Assembly (NCBI GenBank): GCA_964357255.1
Contig: CAYHKQ010000002.1
Coordinates: 727-64,726, forward strand
Origin: an uncultured Elusimicrobia bacterium
Lineage (GTDB): Bacteria > Elusimicrobiota > Elusimicrobia > JACQPE01
Direction: 5' to 3'
DNA: 64,000 nt
This document shows positions 18,436 through 28,260 of the stretch, in pieces. The notes under the pieces are model-generated. The model saw only the letters and a program-made list of their open reading frames with translations. It did no database searches and was not told where the DNA came from. A program made the position numbers and the translations under genes. How positions within the stretch are numbered: the first letter of the stretch is position 1; each line of letters begins with the position of its first letter.

Positions 18436-19779
18436 ATGGCAAAAACGGCAGTCTTGGATGAAACCGAAGAAATAACGCAGGGCTTGACGACGCAAGAAAT
18501 TTTGGCTTTAAGAGCCAAGCATCTTCTTCCTTCGACCACGGCGTATTACTCCCGGCCTATTCAAATTGTCAAAGGGCGCGGCCAATATGTTTTTGACGAA
18601 AAGGGCAAAAAGTACATTGACGGATTTGCCGGCGTGGTGACCATCTCGATCGGCCATTGCCACCCCCATTTCGTCAAAAAGCTCCAGGCGCAAATCGCCG
18701 AGCTTTATCACACGACGACCATCTACCTTCAGCCACAATTGGTGCAGTACGCGCAACGCTTGGTTGGGCACGCCAAAGCCGCCAATCCCGATCTCGAAGT
18801 TTGTTTTTTCACTAACGCGGGTTGCGAGGCCAATGAATTGGCCGCCATCATCGCCAAAAATTACACGGGCCGCCAAGAATTCGTGGCGCTCCGCCATTCC
18901 TTCCACGGACGCACCTTAATGGCCATGTCGTTTACCGGCCAATCCGTTTGGCGCCATTCCATGCCATACGCGTTCGGCGTCTACCATGCCCCGGCTGATT
19001 ACACCTATCGCAGGCCCGAGGGCACGACGCCCGTTCAATATGCCGGGCTTTGCGTTCGGGAACTCGAAGAAATTATCAAGTATTCCACCTCCGGAAAAAT
19101 CGCGGCTTTCATCGCAGAGCCGATTTCCGGCTTCGGCGGCGTGATTGATCCTGAACCCGAGTATTATCCCGAGGCTTACCAAATCGTCAAGAAATACGGC
19201 GGGCTGTTCATTTCCGACGAGGTTCAAACCGGGGTAGGACGCACGGGCGGAAAATTTCTGGGCATCGAACAGTGGGGGGTTAAGCCCGATATCGTGACTA
19301 TGGCCAAGGGGCTCGGCAACGGGTATCCGCTGGGGGCTGTTATCACGACCAAGGAAATCGCCTCGGCCATGGCCGGCAAGGTTCACTTCAACACCTTTGG
19401 CGGGAGCCCCGTGGCCATGACCGCCGGTCTGGCGGTTTTGGATGTTTTGGAAAAAGAAAAATTAGCCTTTAACGCGGCCAATGTCGGCGGGTATCTCAAG
19501 AAAAAATTACAAGCCCTGGGGGAAAAATCTCGCTGGATCGGCGATGTTCGCGGCAAGGGCCTAATGCTGGGCGTCGAACTCGTCAAAAATAAAAAAACGA
19601 AGGAACCGGCTCCCCAAGAGCTTCTTAAGGTGATGGAGCTCGCCAAGGATCGCGGCGTCCTCTTGGGCAAGGGCGCAATGGACGCTAATGTGATACGGAT
19701 CAAGCCGCCTCTTTGCCTGACAAAAGCTGACGCGGACTCCATCGCCGATGTTTTAGAGGAATCGCTTAAAACGCTTTAA
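18436..19779 (+). CDS. Class III (omega) aminotransferase, PLP-dependent
   Basis: It has FISDEVQTGVGRTG and a TMAKGLGNG lysine motif. The true start is MAKTAVL at 18436, because the track's 18301 start overlaps the ALDH gene. Confidence 0.8.
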   Translation: MAKTAVLDETEEITQGLTTQEILALRAKHLLPSTTAYYSRPIQIVKGRGQYVFDEKGKKYIDGFAGVVTISIGHCHPHFVKKLQAQIAELYHTTTIYLQPQLVQYAQRLVGHAKAANPDLEVCFFTNAGCEANELAAIIAKNYTGRQEFVALRHSFHGRTLMAMSFTGQSVWRHSMPYAFGVYHAPADYTYRRPEGTTPVQYAGLCVRELEEIIKYSTSGKIAAFIAEPISGFGGVIDPEPEYYPEAYQIVKKYGGLFISDEVQTGVGRTGGKFLGIEQWGVKPDIVTMAKGLGNGYPLGAVITTKEIASAMAGKVHFNTFGGSPVAMTAGLAVLDVLEKEKLAFNAANVGGYLKKKLQALGEKSRWIGDVRGKGLMLGVELVKNKKTKEPAPQELLKVMELAKDRGVLLGKGAMDANVIRIKPPLCLTKADADSIADVLEESLKTL

Positions 19780-19963
19780 AGCGGCAACAATAAGATATAA
19801 TAACTACGAAGTTGAAGATATGAGTGAGTCCTTCCGTAAAGATCCTTTCTAGAAACTTGCCTACAAGCGGTTGCAGAAGGTTGGTTTGACTGGCAGGTAC
19901 CCATCGAAGTCGCAAGACTGTCTTCAACAATAAAAAAGTGAAAGTAAAGGAGTAACTGTAGAA

Positions 19964-20284
19964 ATGGGAAAACGACTGTATGTGGGGAGCCTCCCCTTCG
20001 ATACCACCGAGGAGCAATTGCAGACCCTCTTTAGTCCGCACGGGACGGTGGAGAGCGCAAAAATCATCATGGACCGTTACACGAGCCGTTCCAAAGGATT
20101 CGGCTTCGTAGAGATGGCAGATGACGCATCGGCCCAACAGGCTGTTCAGAAAATGAACGGCGCTCAGATTGGTAGCCGTAAAATTGTGGTGAGCGAGGCT
20201 CGACCCATGGAAAGCCGGGACAACGGCGGTGGAAACCGCGGTGGGTTCAGCGGCGAACGGAAATATAGCGCGAGCCGCTATTAA
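19964..20284 (+). CDS. RRM-type RNA-binding protein with a Gly-rich tail
   Basis: RNP2 is LYVGSL, RNP1 is KGFGFVEM, and the C-terminus is Gly/Arg-rich. A long A/T-rich 5' leader precedes it. Confidence 0.8.
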   Translation: MGKRLYVGSLPFDTTEEQLQTLFSPHGTVESAKIIMDRYTSRSKGFGFVEMADDASAQQAVQKMNGAQIGSRKIVVSEARPMESRDNGGGNRGGFSGERKYSASRY

Positions 20285-20318
20285 TTCTTGAGCTTGCAAA
20301 ATTGCAAGCTCAATTCAA

Positions 20319-20358
20319 CGAGAACCAGTTGCCCAAAGTAGCTGGTTCTCTTGTTTTG
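20319..20358 (+). terminator. Rho-independent terminator
   Basis: A hairpin (gagaaccag...ctggttctc) is followed by a ttgtttt T-run. It lies downstream of a second perfect hairpin (gagcttgc aaaatt gcaagctc) at 20290-20311. Confidence 0.5.
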
Positions 20359-20379
20359 AAAAAAATTAAATAATAACCA

Positions 20380-21600
20380 ATGCCTTTCACTAAGCTAGGA
20401 CTTCATCCGGATATTCTCAAGGTGGTCAAAGCCATGGGCTTTGAACAGCCGACGCCGATTCAGGCCCAAACAATTCCTTTGGCGTTAAAAAATATTGATG
20501 TGATGGGTTGCGCCCAGACAGGAAGCGGTAAGACCGCGGCCTTTGTCCTGCCCATTCTCCAACGCCTGATCACCAACCGCCGACCGGGTTTAAGGGCGCT
20601 GGTTTTAGTTCCCACCAGGGAATTGGCCGCCCAGGTGAGCGGGGTCTTTCAGGAGTGCGGCCACTTTTTAAATATTCGCGTGGCTACGATCATCGGCGGA
20701 GTGGGCTATCACGGCCAGAGGCAATCCGTGTCGCAAGGGGCACAGGTCATGGTGGCCACGCCGGGCCGGCTCCTTGACCATCTCAAACAGGGAAATTTCC
20801 GGCTGGAGGCTCTTGAGCATCTCGTGCTCGATGAGGCGGACCGGATGCTGGACATGGGATTTCTGCCGGATATCCGCGCTATTATCGGACGCCTACCGCG
20901 CGAACGCCAAACCATGTTATTTTCCGCCACATTGTCGTCTGAAATCGAACGTGTGGCCGCATTCACCTTAAGACATCCCCAGCGCGTCGAGGTATCCGCG
21001 CCGACAGCCCCGGCCGAAGGAATCAGCCAGATCGTTTATCCTGTTACCCAGGACCAAAAAGCGGATTTAACGGTCGCGTTGCTAAAAGCGATTCAAATGC
21101 GTTCGGTTTTGATTTTCTGCCGCACGCGACACGGGGCCGACCGGCTCGCGCGGAGACTCTCTCACTTGGGATTCTCCCCCGGGGTCTTACATGCCTCCAA
21201 GACGCAAGGCCAAAGAACATCGGTGATGGACGACTTTCGCCGGGGAAAAGTCAAAATTCTTGTAGCCACCGATATCGCGGCGCGCGGTATTGACGTGCGC
21301 CAGATCAGCCATGTGATCAATTACGACGTTCCCAGGCACCCGGAGGATTATGTGCACCGGGTCGGCCGCACAGCCAGGGCATACAGCGTTGGCGACGCTA
21401 TTACTCTGATGGATATGAACGAGCTAAGTTTTCTTAAAGCCATTGAACGATTTATTGGAGTCATCTTTCCAAGGGCCATGCTGCCAGGGTTCAATTATCG
21501 CATCCCGCCTCAATTGGAACCTCCCAAACCGCAGGTTGGCACAATCCGCTCCGGCCGCCGAATGTACGCGCGCTCATACAAAGCTCTATTCGGTCTCTAA
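20380..21600 (+). CDS. DEAD-box ATP-dependent RNA helicase
   Basis: Motifs present are the Q motif, AQTGSGKTAAF, PTRELA, DEAD, SAT and HRVGRTAR. Confidence 0.85.
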   Translation: MPFTKLGLHPDILKVVKAMGFEQPTPIQAQTIPLALKNIDVMGCAQTGSGKTAAFVLPILQRLITNRRPGLRALVLVPTRELAAQVSGVFQECGHFLNIRVATIIGGVGYHGQRQSVSQGAQVMVATPGRLLDHLKQGNFRLEALEHLVLDEADRMLDMGFLPDIRAIIGRLPRERQTMLFSATLSSEIERVAAFTLRHPQRVEVSAPTAPAEGISQIVYPVTQDQKADLTVALLKAIQMRSVLIFCRTRHGADRLARRLSHLGFSPGVLHASKTQGQRTSVMDDFRRGKVKILVATDIAARGIDVRQISHVINYDVPRHPEDYVHRVGRTARAYSVGDAITLMDMNELSFLKAIERFIGVIFPRAMLPGFNYRIPPQLEPPKPQVGTIRSGRRMYARSYKALFGL

Positions 21601-21612
21601 CCTAAAAAATTC

Positions 21613-21728
21613 GTAACTACTCAGGTCCTCCCTCCTCGTCATTCCGGCGTAGGCCGGAATCCAGACCCTCTTAATCTGGATACCGGCTTTCGCCGGTATG
21701 ACAAACGCAGAGGGACCTGAGTAGTTAC
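21613..21728. repeat. Compound palindromic element: 16-nt outer inverted repeat enclosing three internal hairpins
   Basis: The outer arm gtaactactcaggtcc pairs with ggacctgagtagttac. Inside are attccggc-gta-gccggaat, ccagac..ctgg and taccggc-ttt-cgccggta. It sits between convergent genes. Confidence 0.4.
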
Positions 21729-21759
21729 AAAAATTCAATTAAAGGCGAAGAAATGAAAT

Positions 21760-22266
21760 TTAAACTTTTTTCGTTAGGAAGGCTTTAACTCGATTGATCA
21801 AGTTGGATTTTGTCGCCCCGGACTGCGCGTCCAATGCCTTAGCGCCCTTGCGACTGGCTATGCGCTCAGCGATTTTGACCGCCAGATTCGGATTTGCCTG
21901 AGCCAATCTTTTCATGCCTTGAGCGGGCACAACAAAAAGCTCAATATCGTTTTTCGCCGTGACCGTGGCGTTGCAAACATCGCCGGTTAAAATAGAAATC
22001 TCCCCGAACAAGCTCCCCTCGCCGATGGTGACAAGCTTCTCGCGTCCGTTGGAAGTATCGGCCCACACATCAGCCTCCCCCGTGCAAATCATATAGGACG
22101 CGCCGCATTTCTGGCCTTGCCTAATGATGGTTTGGCCGGCAAAAACGCTCAATGGACTGATCGTCTGGATTAAAACGGACAAATCATCCCCGTTAAGATC
22201 AGTCAAAAAATCAACCGCCTTGAGCTTGTCTCTCAACCATTTAGTTTGCCCGGAAGACATCGCCAT
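21760..22266 (-). CDS. Cyclic nucleotide-binding domain protein
   Basis: It has a cNMP-binding beta-roll (FGEISILTGDVCNATVTA) and no DNA-binding domain. Confidence 0.7.
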   Translation of the reverse strand: MAMSSGQTKWLRDKLKAVDFLTDLNGDDLSVLIQTISPLSVFAGQTIIRQGQKCGASYMICTGEADVWADTSNGREKLVTIGEGSLFGEISILTGDVCNATVTAKNDIELFVVPAQGMKRLAQANPNLAVKIAERIASRKGAKALDAQSGATKSNLINRVKAFLTKKV

Positions 22267-22278
22267 ACTTTAATTTTA

Positions 22279-23802
22279 TTACTTGGCGGCCAAGATTTTA
22301 AGATAGTCCTCGCGTAGTTTGAGTTTTTGAATTTTGCCTGTGGCTGTTTTTGGCAAGGCTGGGACAAATTCAACTTTTCTTGGGCATTTATAGTCGGCCA
22401 CGAACGCGCGACAATGAACGATGATATCTTTGGGCGCGACGGTTTGGCCATCTTTAAGAACCAGGAAAGCGGCGACCTCTTCCCCCCATCGCTGATCAGG
22501 CAGTCCAATCACCGCGGCTTCGGCCACGGCCGGGTGTTTATATAAAACCCCTTCGATCTCAGCGGGGTAAATATTCTCCCCGGCACGGATGATCATTTCC
22601 TTTTTGCGGCCGACAATGAAAAAATAGCCGTCCGTATCCTTGTAGCCCAGGTCTCCGGTGTAGAGCCATCCGTCCCGAATCGTTTCGGCCGTGGCTTGCG
22701 GGTTATTGAAATAACCCTTCATGACGTTATCTCCCTTGACGACAATCTCGCCCACCTGGCCGATCGGGGATTCCCCGCCGCTGTCATTGACAATTTTCAT
22801 GGGCTGATGCTCCAAGGGCAGGCCGATGGAGCCTATTTTTCTGGCCCCGTCCCAGGGGTTGACCGAGGAGACGCAAGTGCCTTCGGAAAGGCCGTAGCCT
22901 TCCAAAATTTTAGCCTTAAATTTTTTCTCAAACTGCTCGAAGACCGGGACCGGCATGGGAGCCGCGCCGCAAATACAAAAACGCAAAGAACTTAAATCAT
23001 AATTTTGGCTGTCAGGGATATTCAATAACACCGCGTAAAGCGAGGGGACCGCGCTGAAGGCTGTGGCCTTGTAACGGGCCAAGGCCGGCAAAAATTCCTT
23101 GGGGCTGAATCGCTCCAAAAGAATCATGCTACCCCCGACCGAAAGAGGCCCCAAGGTGGTCACCACCTGGGCATTGACATGAAAGAGGGGCAGGATGCAG
23201 ACAAAGCGATCCTGTTCATTCATGAATCGCGGGGCAAATCCCGCCACGTCAAAAAGATAATTCTTATGGGTCAAGACCGCGCCCTTGGGGAAACCCGTGG
23301 TGCCCGATGTGTAGATGATGGCCGCGGGGTCGCGCGCCTCAACAAGGACTCTCGAGGCCTGGGCATGATTAGCCGCGATTTCCAAGGCCAGTTCTTTGGG
23401 CCTTGCCTCTTGAACGGTTTTCATCCAACGAATTGAGCCGCATTTTTGGCGCATTTGATCGCCAAGATCGCCGAACATCGCCCCCACAACAAATCCACCG
23501 GCATGGCAGTTGTTGAGCACGAACTCAACCTCGGGCGGTTTAAACGCGGCATTGATGGGAACGGCGATCGCCCCTGCTTTCATAACGCCGAAGAAAGCGT
23601 AGAGAAACTCCGGACAATTAGCCAGCATAATGGCTACGCGGTCTCCTTTCTTGATGCCATTGGCCAGAGCCTCCTGGGCAAACGCGTCCGTGATGCGGTC
23701 TAACTCCGCAAAACTGATTTCCTGATCGCGAAAGTAAAGAAAAGTTTTAGACGAATGTTTTCCGGCCTGCTCTTTTAACAACTCATTAATAGTTAAGGGC
23801 AT
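22279..23802 (-). CDS. AMP-dependent acyl-CoA synthetase (long-chain fatty acid-CoA ligase-like)
   Basis: The AMP-binding motif is IIYTSGTTGFPKGAVLTHKN, with a YGLSE box. The start was chosen at MPLTIN, preceded by AGGAGG. Confidence 0.8.
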   Translation of the reverse strand: MPLTINELLKEQAGKHSSKTFLYFRDQEISFAELDRITDAFAQEALANGIKKGDRVAIMLANCPEFLYAFFGVMKAGAIAVPINAAFKPPEVEFVLNNCHAGGFVVGAMFGDLGDQMRQKCGSIRWMKTVQEARPKELALEIAANHAQASRVLVEARDPAAIIYTSGTTGFPKGAVLTHKNYLFDVAGFAPRFMNEQDRFVCILPLFHVNAQVVTTLGPLSVGGSMILLERFSPKEFLPALARYKATAFSAVPSLYAVLLNIPDSQNYDLSSLRFCICGAAPMPVPVFEQFEKKFKAKILEGYGLSEGTCVSSVNPWDGARKIGSIGLPLEHQPMKIVNDSGGESPIGQVGEIVVKGDNVMKGYFNNPQATAETIRDGWLYTGDLGYKDTDGYFFIVGRKKEMIIRAGENIYPAEIEGVLYKHPAVAEAAVIGLPDQRWGEEVAAFLVLKDGQTVAPKDIIVHCRAFVADYKCPRKVEFVPALPKTATGKIQKLKLREDYLKILAAK

Positions 23803-23828
23803 TGAACCTCCTAAATTTAGCGATTTTT

Positions 23829-24977
23829 TTAATTCCTGCTTAAAATCCAGACGCAATGAGACTGGCCGGCTAGGCCGTTTTGCCCGTGGGCCAAAGCGAG
23901 CCTGGGCTCGCGGACTTGGGTTGCGGCTTCACCGCGCAATTGAAGCGTGGCCTCGATGATGCGCACTAGGCCGGCCACCAGCGGAGCGCAGGCTCCCAAA
24001 CAACCGCCCGAGGGATTAATGGGCAGGGCCCCGGTCGCTTGGGTTTGCCCGCTCTGCAAGAGGCGGCCCCCTTCGCCCTGCGCGCAAAATCCTAAATTTT
24101 CACTCCACAAAAGCTCCTGATGGGCAAAAAACTCGGAAATTTCAGCCACCTGGATTTCCTTGCTTGGTTCGCGCACGCCCGCAACGGCATAGGCGCGTTG
24201 GGCCGCCTCGCTTAAGGAAGGACTCTTCCAAAGCGTCCGCTCGCCAAGCCGGTAGTCTTCAGCCGAGGATCCAACGCCGGCCACCCACGCCGGACGCCGG
24301 GCCAATTTCTTGGCGAAATTCTCAGACGCCAGAATGATGGCGGCGGCGCCATCGGAAAGAGGCCTGGCTTCTAAAGCGTTAATCGGCGGCGCCAAATCAG
24401 GAGAGTTCATGACCTCGCTAAGGCTCAGCTCTTTTTGATGATGGGCGCAGGGATTTTTGGCCGCATTTTTTCGATTTTTAACCGCGACCCCGGCGAAATC
24501 CTCGCGCGCAAGTCCAAAGCGGCATTGATAAACCTGGGCTTGAAGCGCCGCTGCCGTGACATCGTCCACGCCCAGGGCGCGCTCGAAAATTGGATCAAAA
24601 AACGCGTTAGTGATCAGCCGATTATCCCCTTCCGATGCTTTGGCATGGGCCACAACCAAGGTGTTTTGGTAGGAACCTGAAAGAATTCTAGTTAAACCGT
24701 AAAGCGCGCCGAGCGTGCCATCGCCCTCTACGGTTGATATATTTTTTCCCCGTCCAAAGGCCGCGCCGGCCGCATCCCCGACTGCCATGGAGGAAATCGT
24801 GCGTCCGTCCCAAAAATCGTTGGACACGGTAACGATATTATCAATGTCCGCGATTTCCAAGCCCGCGTCTTTTAAGGCCCCGGTCGTAACCTCATAGACC
24901 AAATCCGCGAAGGTTTTGTCCACCCTGGGGGCGGAAAATTTTGTTTGGGCGACTCCGACAATGGCGATGCGTTCCAT
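23829..24977 (-). CDS. Thiolase-like protein (SCP-x/nsLTP-type, DUF35-partnered)
   Basis: It has the thiolase fold, including an N-terminal IAIVGVAQTKF and a C-terminal GGCLGACAPLV. Confidence 0.7.
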   Translation of the reverse strand: MERIAIVGVAQTKFSAPRVDKTFADLVYEVTTGALKDAGLEIADIDNIVTVSNDFWDGRTISSMAVGDAAGAAFGRGKNISTVEGDGTLGALYGLTRILSGSYQNTLVVAHAKASEGDNRLITNAFFDPIFERALGVDDVTAAALQAQVYQCRFGLAREDFAGVAVKNRKNAAKNPCAHHQKELSLSEVMNSPDLAPPINALEARPLSDGAAAIILASENFAKKLARRPAWVAGVGSSAEDYRLGERTLWKSPSLSEAAQRAYAVAGVREPSKEIQVAEISEFFAHQELLWSENLGFCAQGEGGRLLQSGQTQATGALPINPSGGCLGACAPLVAGLVRIIEATLQLRGEAATQVREPRLALAHGQNGLAGQSHCVWILSRN

Positions 24978-25441
24978 CAGGGCGCCGGCCTAAAATATTC
25001 AATGTCCAAGATGCTGCCTTTGCGTTCCTCGCGAAAAACAGGAGTAAGCTTCATGCCGGTCTTAAGGTTGCCCAAGGGCGATCCCCCGATCAAATGCAAC
25101 AAGGCCGTGCCGGCGCCGGAGAGCAGAATCAAACCGTAAATGGGTTGCTCGACGGGGTGGACAGGGCTTGGAGCGCGAGCCTGAGTAAAGGCTACGAGGG
25201 TTCCCTCGGGGCCCACCTCGACCCACTCCTGACACCGGACAAAACAGGCGCCGCAGGTTTTCTTGGGCGGGACATAAACCTTGTTGCATTCGGGGCAACG
25301 AAGTCCCAAGATTTTTTTGTGATCGCGAAGCTGGATCAAAAAATGGCTCCCCACTTCCCCTGCGGACCAGGAATAGGGCACCTTGATCCGGCTTTCCAGA
25401 ATTTGCGGTTTGATTTCATTTACCGTGTCCGACGTTTTCAT
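24977..25441 (-). CDS. DUF35 Zn-ribbon/OB-fold protein
   Basis: It has a CPECNKVYVPPKKTCGAC rubredoxin-like knuckle followed by an OB fold. Confidence 0.65.
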   Translation of the reverse strand: MKTSDTVNEIKPQILESRIKVPYSWSAGEVGSHFLIQLRDHKKILGLRCPECNKVYVPPKKTCGACFVRCQEWVEVGPEGTLVAFTQARAPSPVHPVEQPIYGLILLSGAGTALLHLIGGSPLGNLKTGMKLTPVFREERKGSILDIEYFRPAP

Positions 25442-25905
25442 ATTTTTTCAAAATGCGCTATATCTTGAAGATTGCCGCGTCTTATCTGGGCAAAAACCGG
25501 CGCCACGCGATCGCCGACCCGAAGGCCGCCGCCCTCCGGAATCTTGACGAAATGAAGAAGATTGGTGTCGGCTCCGTCCAAGCGGACAACGCCATAGCCG
25601 TACGGCACCGGCCTTTTTAAACCGGTTTCAGGATCAAGAAAAGCAAAACGGATAACGGTGAAAGTGGTCAGGGTTCCCTCCGGGCCCACCTCAACCCATT
25701 CATCCATTCCCTTAAAACAGGGCCCGCATATGAAGCGCGGGGGGACATAAACATTCCGGCAAGACGCGCAACGCACGCCGAAAAAACGGCCGCGCGATTT
25801 TAGTTCTTCCAAAAACCGGCTACCATACAGGCCGATGCTGTAATGGAAAGGCTGTTGAGCCTCGCCGCTCGATATTGTCAAAAGATTAGGGTTTTTGACT
25901 GCCAT
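25438..25905 (-). CDS. DUF35 Zn-ribbon/OB-fold protein (second copy)
   Basis: It has CASCRNVYVPPRFICGPC. It is a paralog of the adjacent gene. Confidence 0.65.
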   Translation of the reverse strand: MAVKNPNLLTISSGEAQQPFHYSIGLYGSRFLEELKSRGRFFGVRCASCRNVYVPPRFICGPCFKGMDEWVEVGPEGTLTTFTVIRFAFLDPETGLKRPVPYGYGVVRLDGADTNLLHFVKIPEGGGLRVGDRVAPVFAQIRRGNLQDIAHFEKI

Positions 25906-27040
25906 AAATCAGAAGATCGGACCAAAAACAACCGCCAAATCCGGTGGACAGCGCCGTTTTAACATCAGGCACCTGCCGCGCTCCGGCCTGGCCTGAAATC
26001 TGAAGCGCGCATTCCGCGGCCCGAATCAGCCCCGTGGCCCCGATAGGATTAGTCGAGATGACTCCGCCTGAGGGATTCATGGGAAGTTCCCCACCCATAT
26101 CCGTGACCCCGTCCCAAATTAACTTAGCGCCCTCGCCGGGCTTGGCCAGTCCTAAAGCCTCGATCCAGGAAAGATTGGCGTAAGAATAAGGCGTGTACAG
26201 TTCCATCACGTCAATTTCTTTTAACGGTTCGCGAATGCCGATTTTCGCGTAGGCTTCCTGCGCGGCCCAGACCAAGGCTTGCAAAGGATAAAAATCTATA
26301 TCCGAAGCATAGGAATAAGGGTGCCGGTTGGCCGTGGCCAAAATCCAGGCCGGTTTGGGACAAATTTTTTCCGCCACGTCTTCGCAGGCATAAATCACGG
26401 CGCAGGCGCCGTCGGAGCGAGGGCACATGTCCCAGATGTGCAAAGGATCAGACACTAATGGAGAGCGCAATACGTCCTCCACCGCAATTTCTTTTTTCAA
26501 ATGGGCATGCGGATTGTTGAGGGCATGCTTGCGATCGCGCACCGCGGCGCGAGCCGCGTCCTTGGGAGTAACGCCGAATTTGGCGCTATAGGCCGTGGCC
26601 TCCAAGGCCAGGCCGGAAATGGCTCCGGCAAATACCATACGATCCCAAACCGGATCAAAGGCCGTGGTAATAGCCGCTGTGGTGTCGGACTCGGAATTTT
26701 TTTCCCAACCAATGACAAGGAGCCTCTTAAAAAGGCCTGATGCCACGAAATGATACCCTGCAATGGCGAGCGTCGAACCCGTGGTGCCGCCCGTGGTGAG
26801 TTTGATCGTGGGTTTGCCCAGCCCGCCGTTGCCGTCGAGGCTCCAGAGCTCGACCCCGTTGATTCCCTCGAAGTGATCCATATTGCCCAGGATGACACCG
26901 TCAATGTCTTGGCGCTTGAGGTTGGTGTTCGCTAAGGCCCGACTCACGGCCTCATGGATAAGCTCAACGCCCGTGACATCCAGACGCGACCCCGTATGAT
27001 CCGTCTGCCCGGAGCCCACAATCGCCACCCGACTGGCCAT
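25886..27040 (-). CDS. Thiolase-like protein (second copy)
   Basis: It is homologous to the 23829-24977 product, with VAIVGSGQT at the N-terminus. Confidence 0.7.
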   Translation of the reverse strand: MASRVAIVGSGQTDHTGSRLDVTGVELIHEAVSRALANTNLKRQDIDGVILGNMDHFEGINGVELWSLDGNGGLGKPTIKLTTGGTTGSTLAIAGYHFVASGLFKRLLVIGWEKNSESDTTAAITTAFDPVWDRMVFAGAISGLALEATAYSAKFGVTPKDAARAAVRDRKHALNNPHAHLKKEIAVEDVLRSPLVSDPLHIWDMCPRSDGACAVIYACEDVAEKICPKPAWILATANRHPYSYASDIDFYPLQALVWAAQEAYAKIGIREPLKEIDVMELYTPYSYANLSWIEALGLAKPGEGAKLIWDGVTDMGGELPMNPSGGVISTNPIGATGLIRAAECALQISGQAGARQVPDVKTALSTGFGGCFWSDLLIYGSQKP

Positions 27041-27108
27041 GTTGCATTATAGAAAGCTTGGGGGACCGTTAAGCCAGCCTGCTAAAATTTGTAAATTTAG
27101 ACTGTCCA

Positions 27109-28260
27109 ATGGATTTTGAATTAACACCCCAACAAAAAGAGGTGCAACAGGCCTGCCGGGAGTTCGCCCGCAAAAAAATCGCGCCACGGGCGGCCCATAT
27201 TGACGAGGCGGATGAATTCCCCCGTGATCTCTTTGTGGAAATGGGACGCCTGGGATATTTGGGACTGACGATCCCGGAGGACTACGGCGGCCTTGGACTG
27301 GATTTCATCACAGCCACGGTCGCAATGGAGGAAATTGCCTGGGCTTCAGCGGGATTGGGGCTGTCCTGGGGAGCCCACTCTTTTCTTTGCGCCCATAATC
27401 TCTATAGCCTTGGCAACGAGGCGCAACGGAAAAAATACCTGCCGCGGCTTTGCTCGGGCGAGTGGATCGGCGCTTTCGCTTTAACCGAACCTGGGGCCGG
27501 TTCGGATTCGACCAATTTGGCCACCAAAGCGATCCAGAAGGACGATCATTGGATTTTAAACGGGAGCAAAATTTTTATCACCAACGGTTCGCTGGCCAAT
27601 GTGATCCTGGTTTTTGCCGCCACTCCCCGAAAACCCGGTAGCCAGGGGGCCTCTCTCTTTATTGTGGACAAGGACGCGCCGGGTTTTTCCGTAAGCAGGG
27701 ATATTCCCAAGATGGGAACCCGCGGCTCGCCTCTGTCCGAGCTGATTTTTGACAACTGCCGGATACGCCAAGAAAATCTTATCGGCAAGGAAGGCCGGGG
27801 GTTGAGCTACATGTTAAAATCCTTGGACGCTGAACGGGCGCTCCTATCTTCAATCGCGATCGGCGGGGCCCAGATGGGGCTGGATTTCGCTTTGGATTAC
27901 GCCAAAAAACGACGCCAGTTTGGGGCCCCGATCGCCAGTTTTCAATTGGTTCAAGAAATGCTGGCCCAAATGGCGACAGAGATCGAGGCGGCGCGCCTGT
28001 TGGTCCGCCAAGCCGCCTGGCGCTTGGACCAAAAACTTAATTTAAACCGCCAGGCTTCCATCGCCAAGCTTTTCGTCTCCCAAATGGTGATGCGCGTGGC
28101 CCAGCAGGCCATGCAAGTCTTAGGCGGCTACGGCTATTGCAAGGAATTTCCGGTGGAACGATTCATGAGAGACGCGGCTCTCATGAGCCTGGGGGCCGGA
28201 ACCAGCGAAATTCAAAAGCTCATCATTGCCCGCGATCTCATCAAAGAAAACGGCCGCTAA
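27109..28260 (+). CDS. Acyl-CoA dehydrogenase
   Basis: The ACAD fold shows FALTEPGAGSD and C-terminal YGYCKEFPVERFMRDA. Confidence 0.85.
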   Translation: MDFELTPQQKEVQQACREFARKKIAPRAAHIDEADEFPRDLFVEMGRLGYLGLTIPEDYGGLGLDFITATVAMEEIAWASAGLGLSWGAHSFLCAHNLYSLGNEAQRKKYLPRLCSGEWIGAFALTEPGAGSDSTNLATKAIQKDDHWILNGSKIFITNGSLANVILVFAATPRKPGSQGASLFIVDKDAPGFSVSRDIPKMGTRGSPLSELIFDNCRIRQENLIGKEGRGLSYMLKSLDAERALLSSIAIGGAQMGLDFALDYAKKRRQFGAPIASFQLVQEMLAQMATEIEAARLLVRQAAWRLDQKLNLNRQASIAKLFVSQMVMRVAQQAMQVLGGYGYCKEFPVERFMRDAALMSLGAGTSEIQKLIIARDLIKENGR

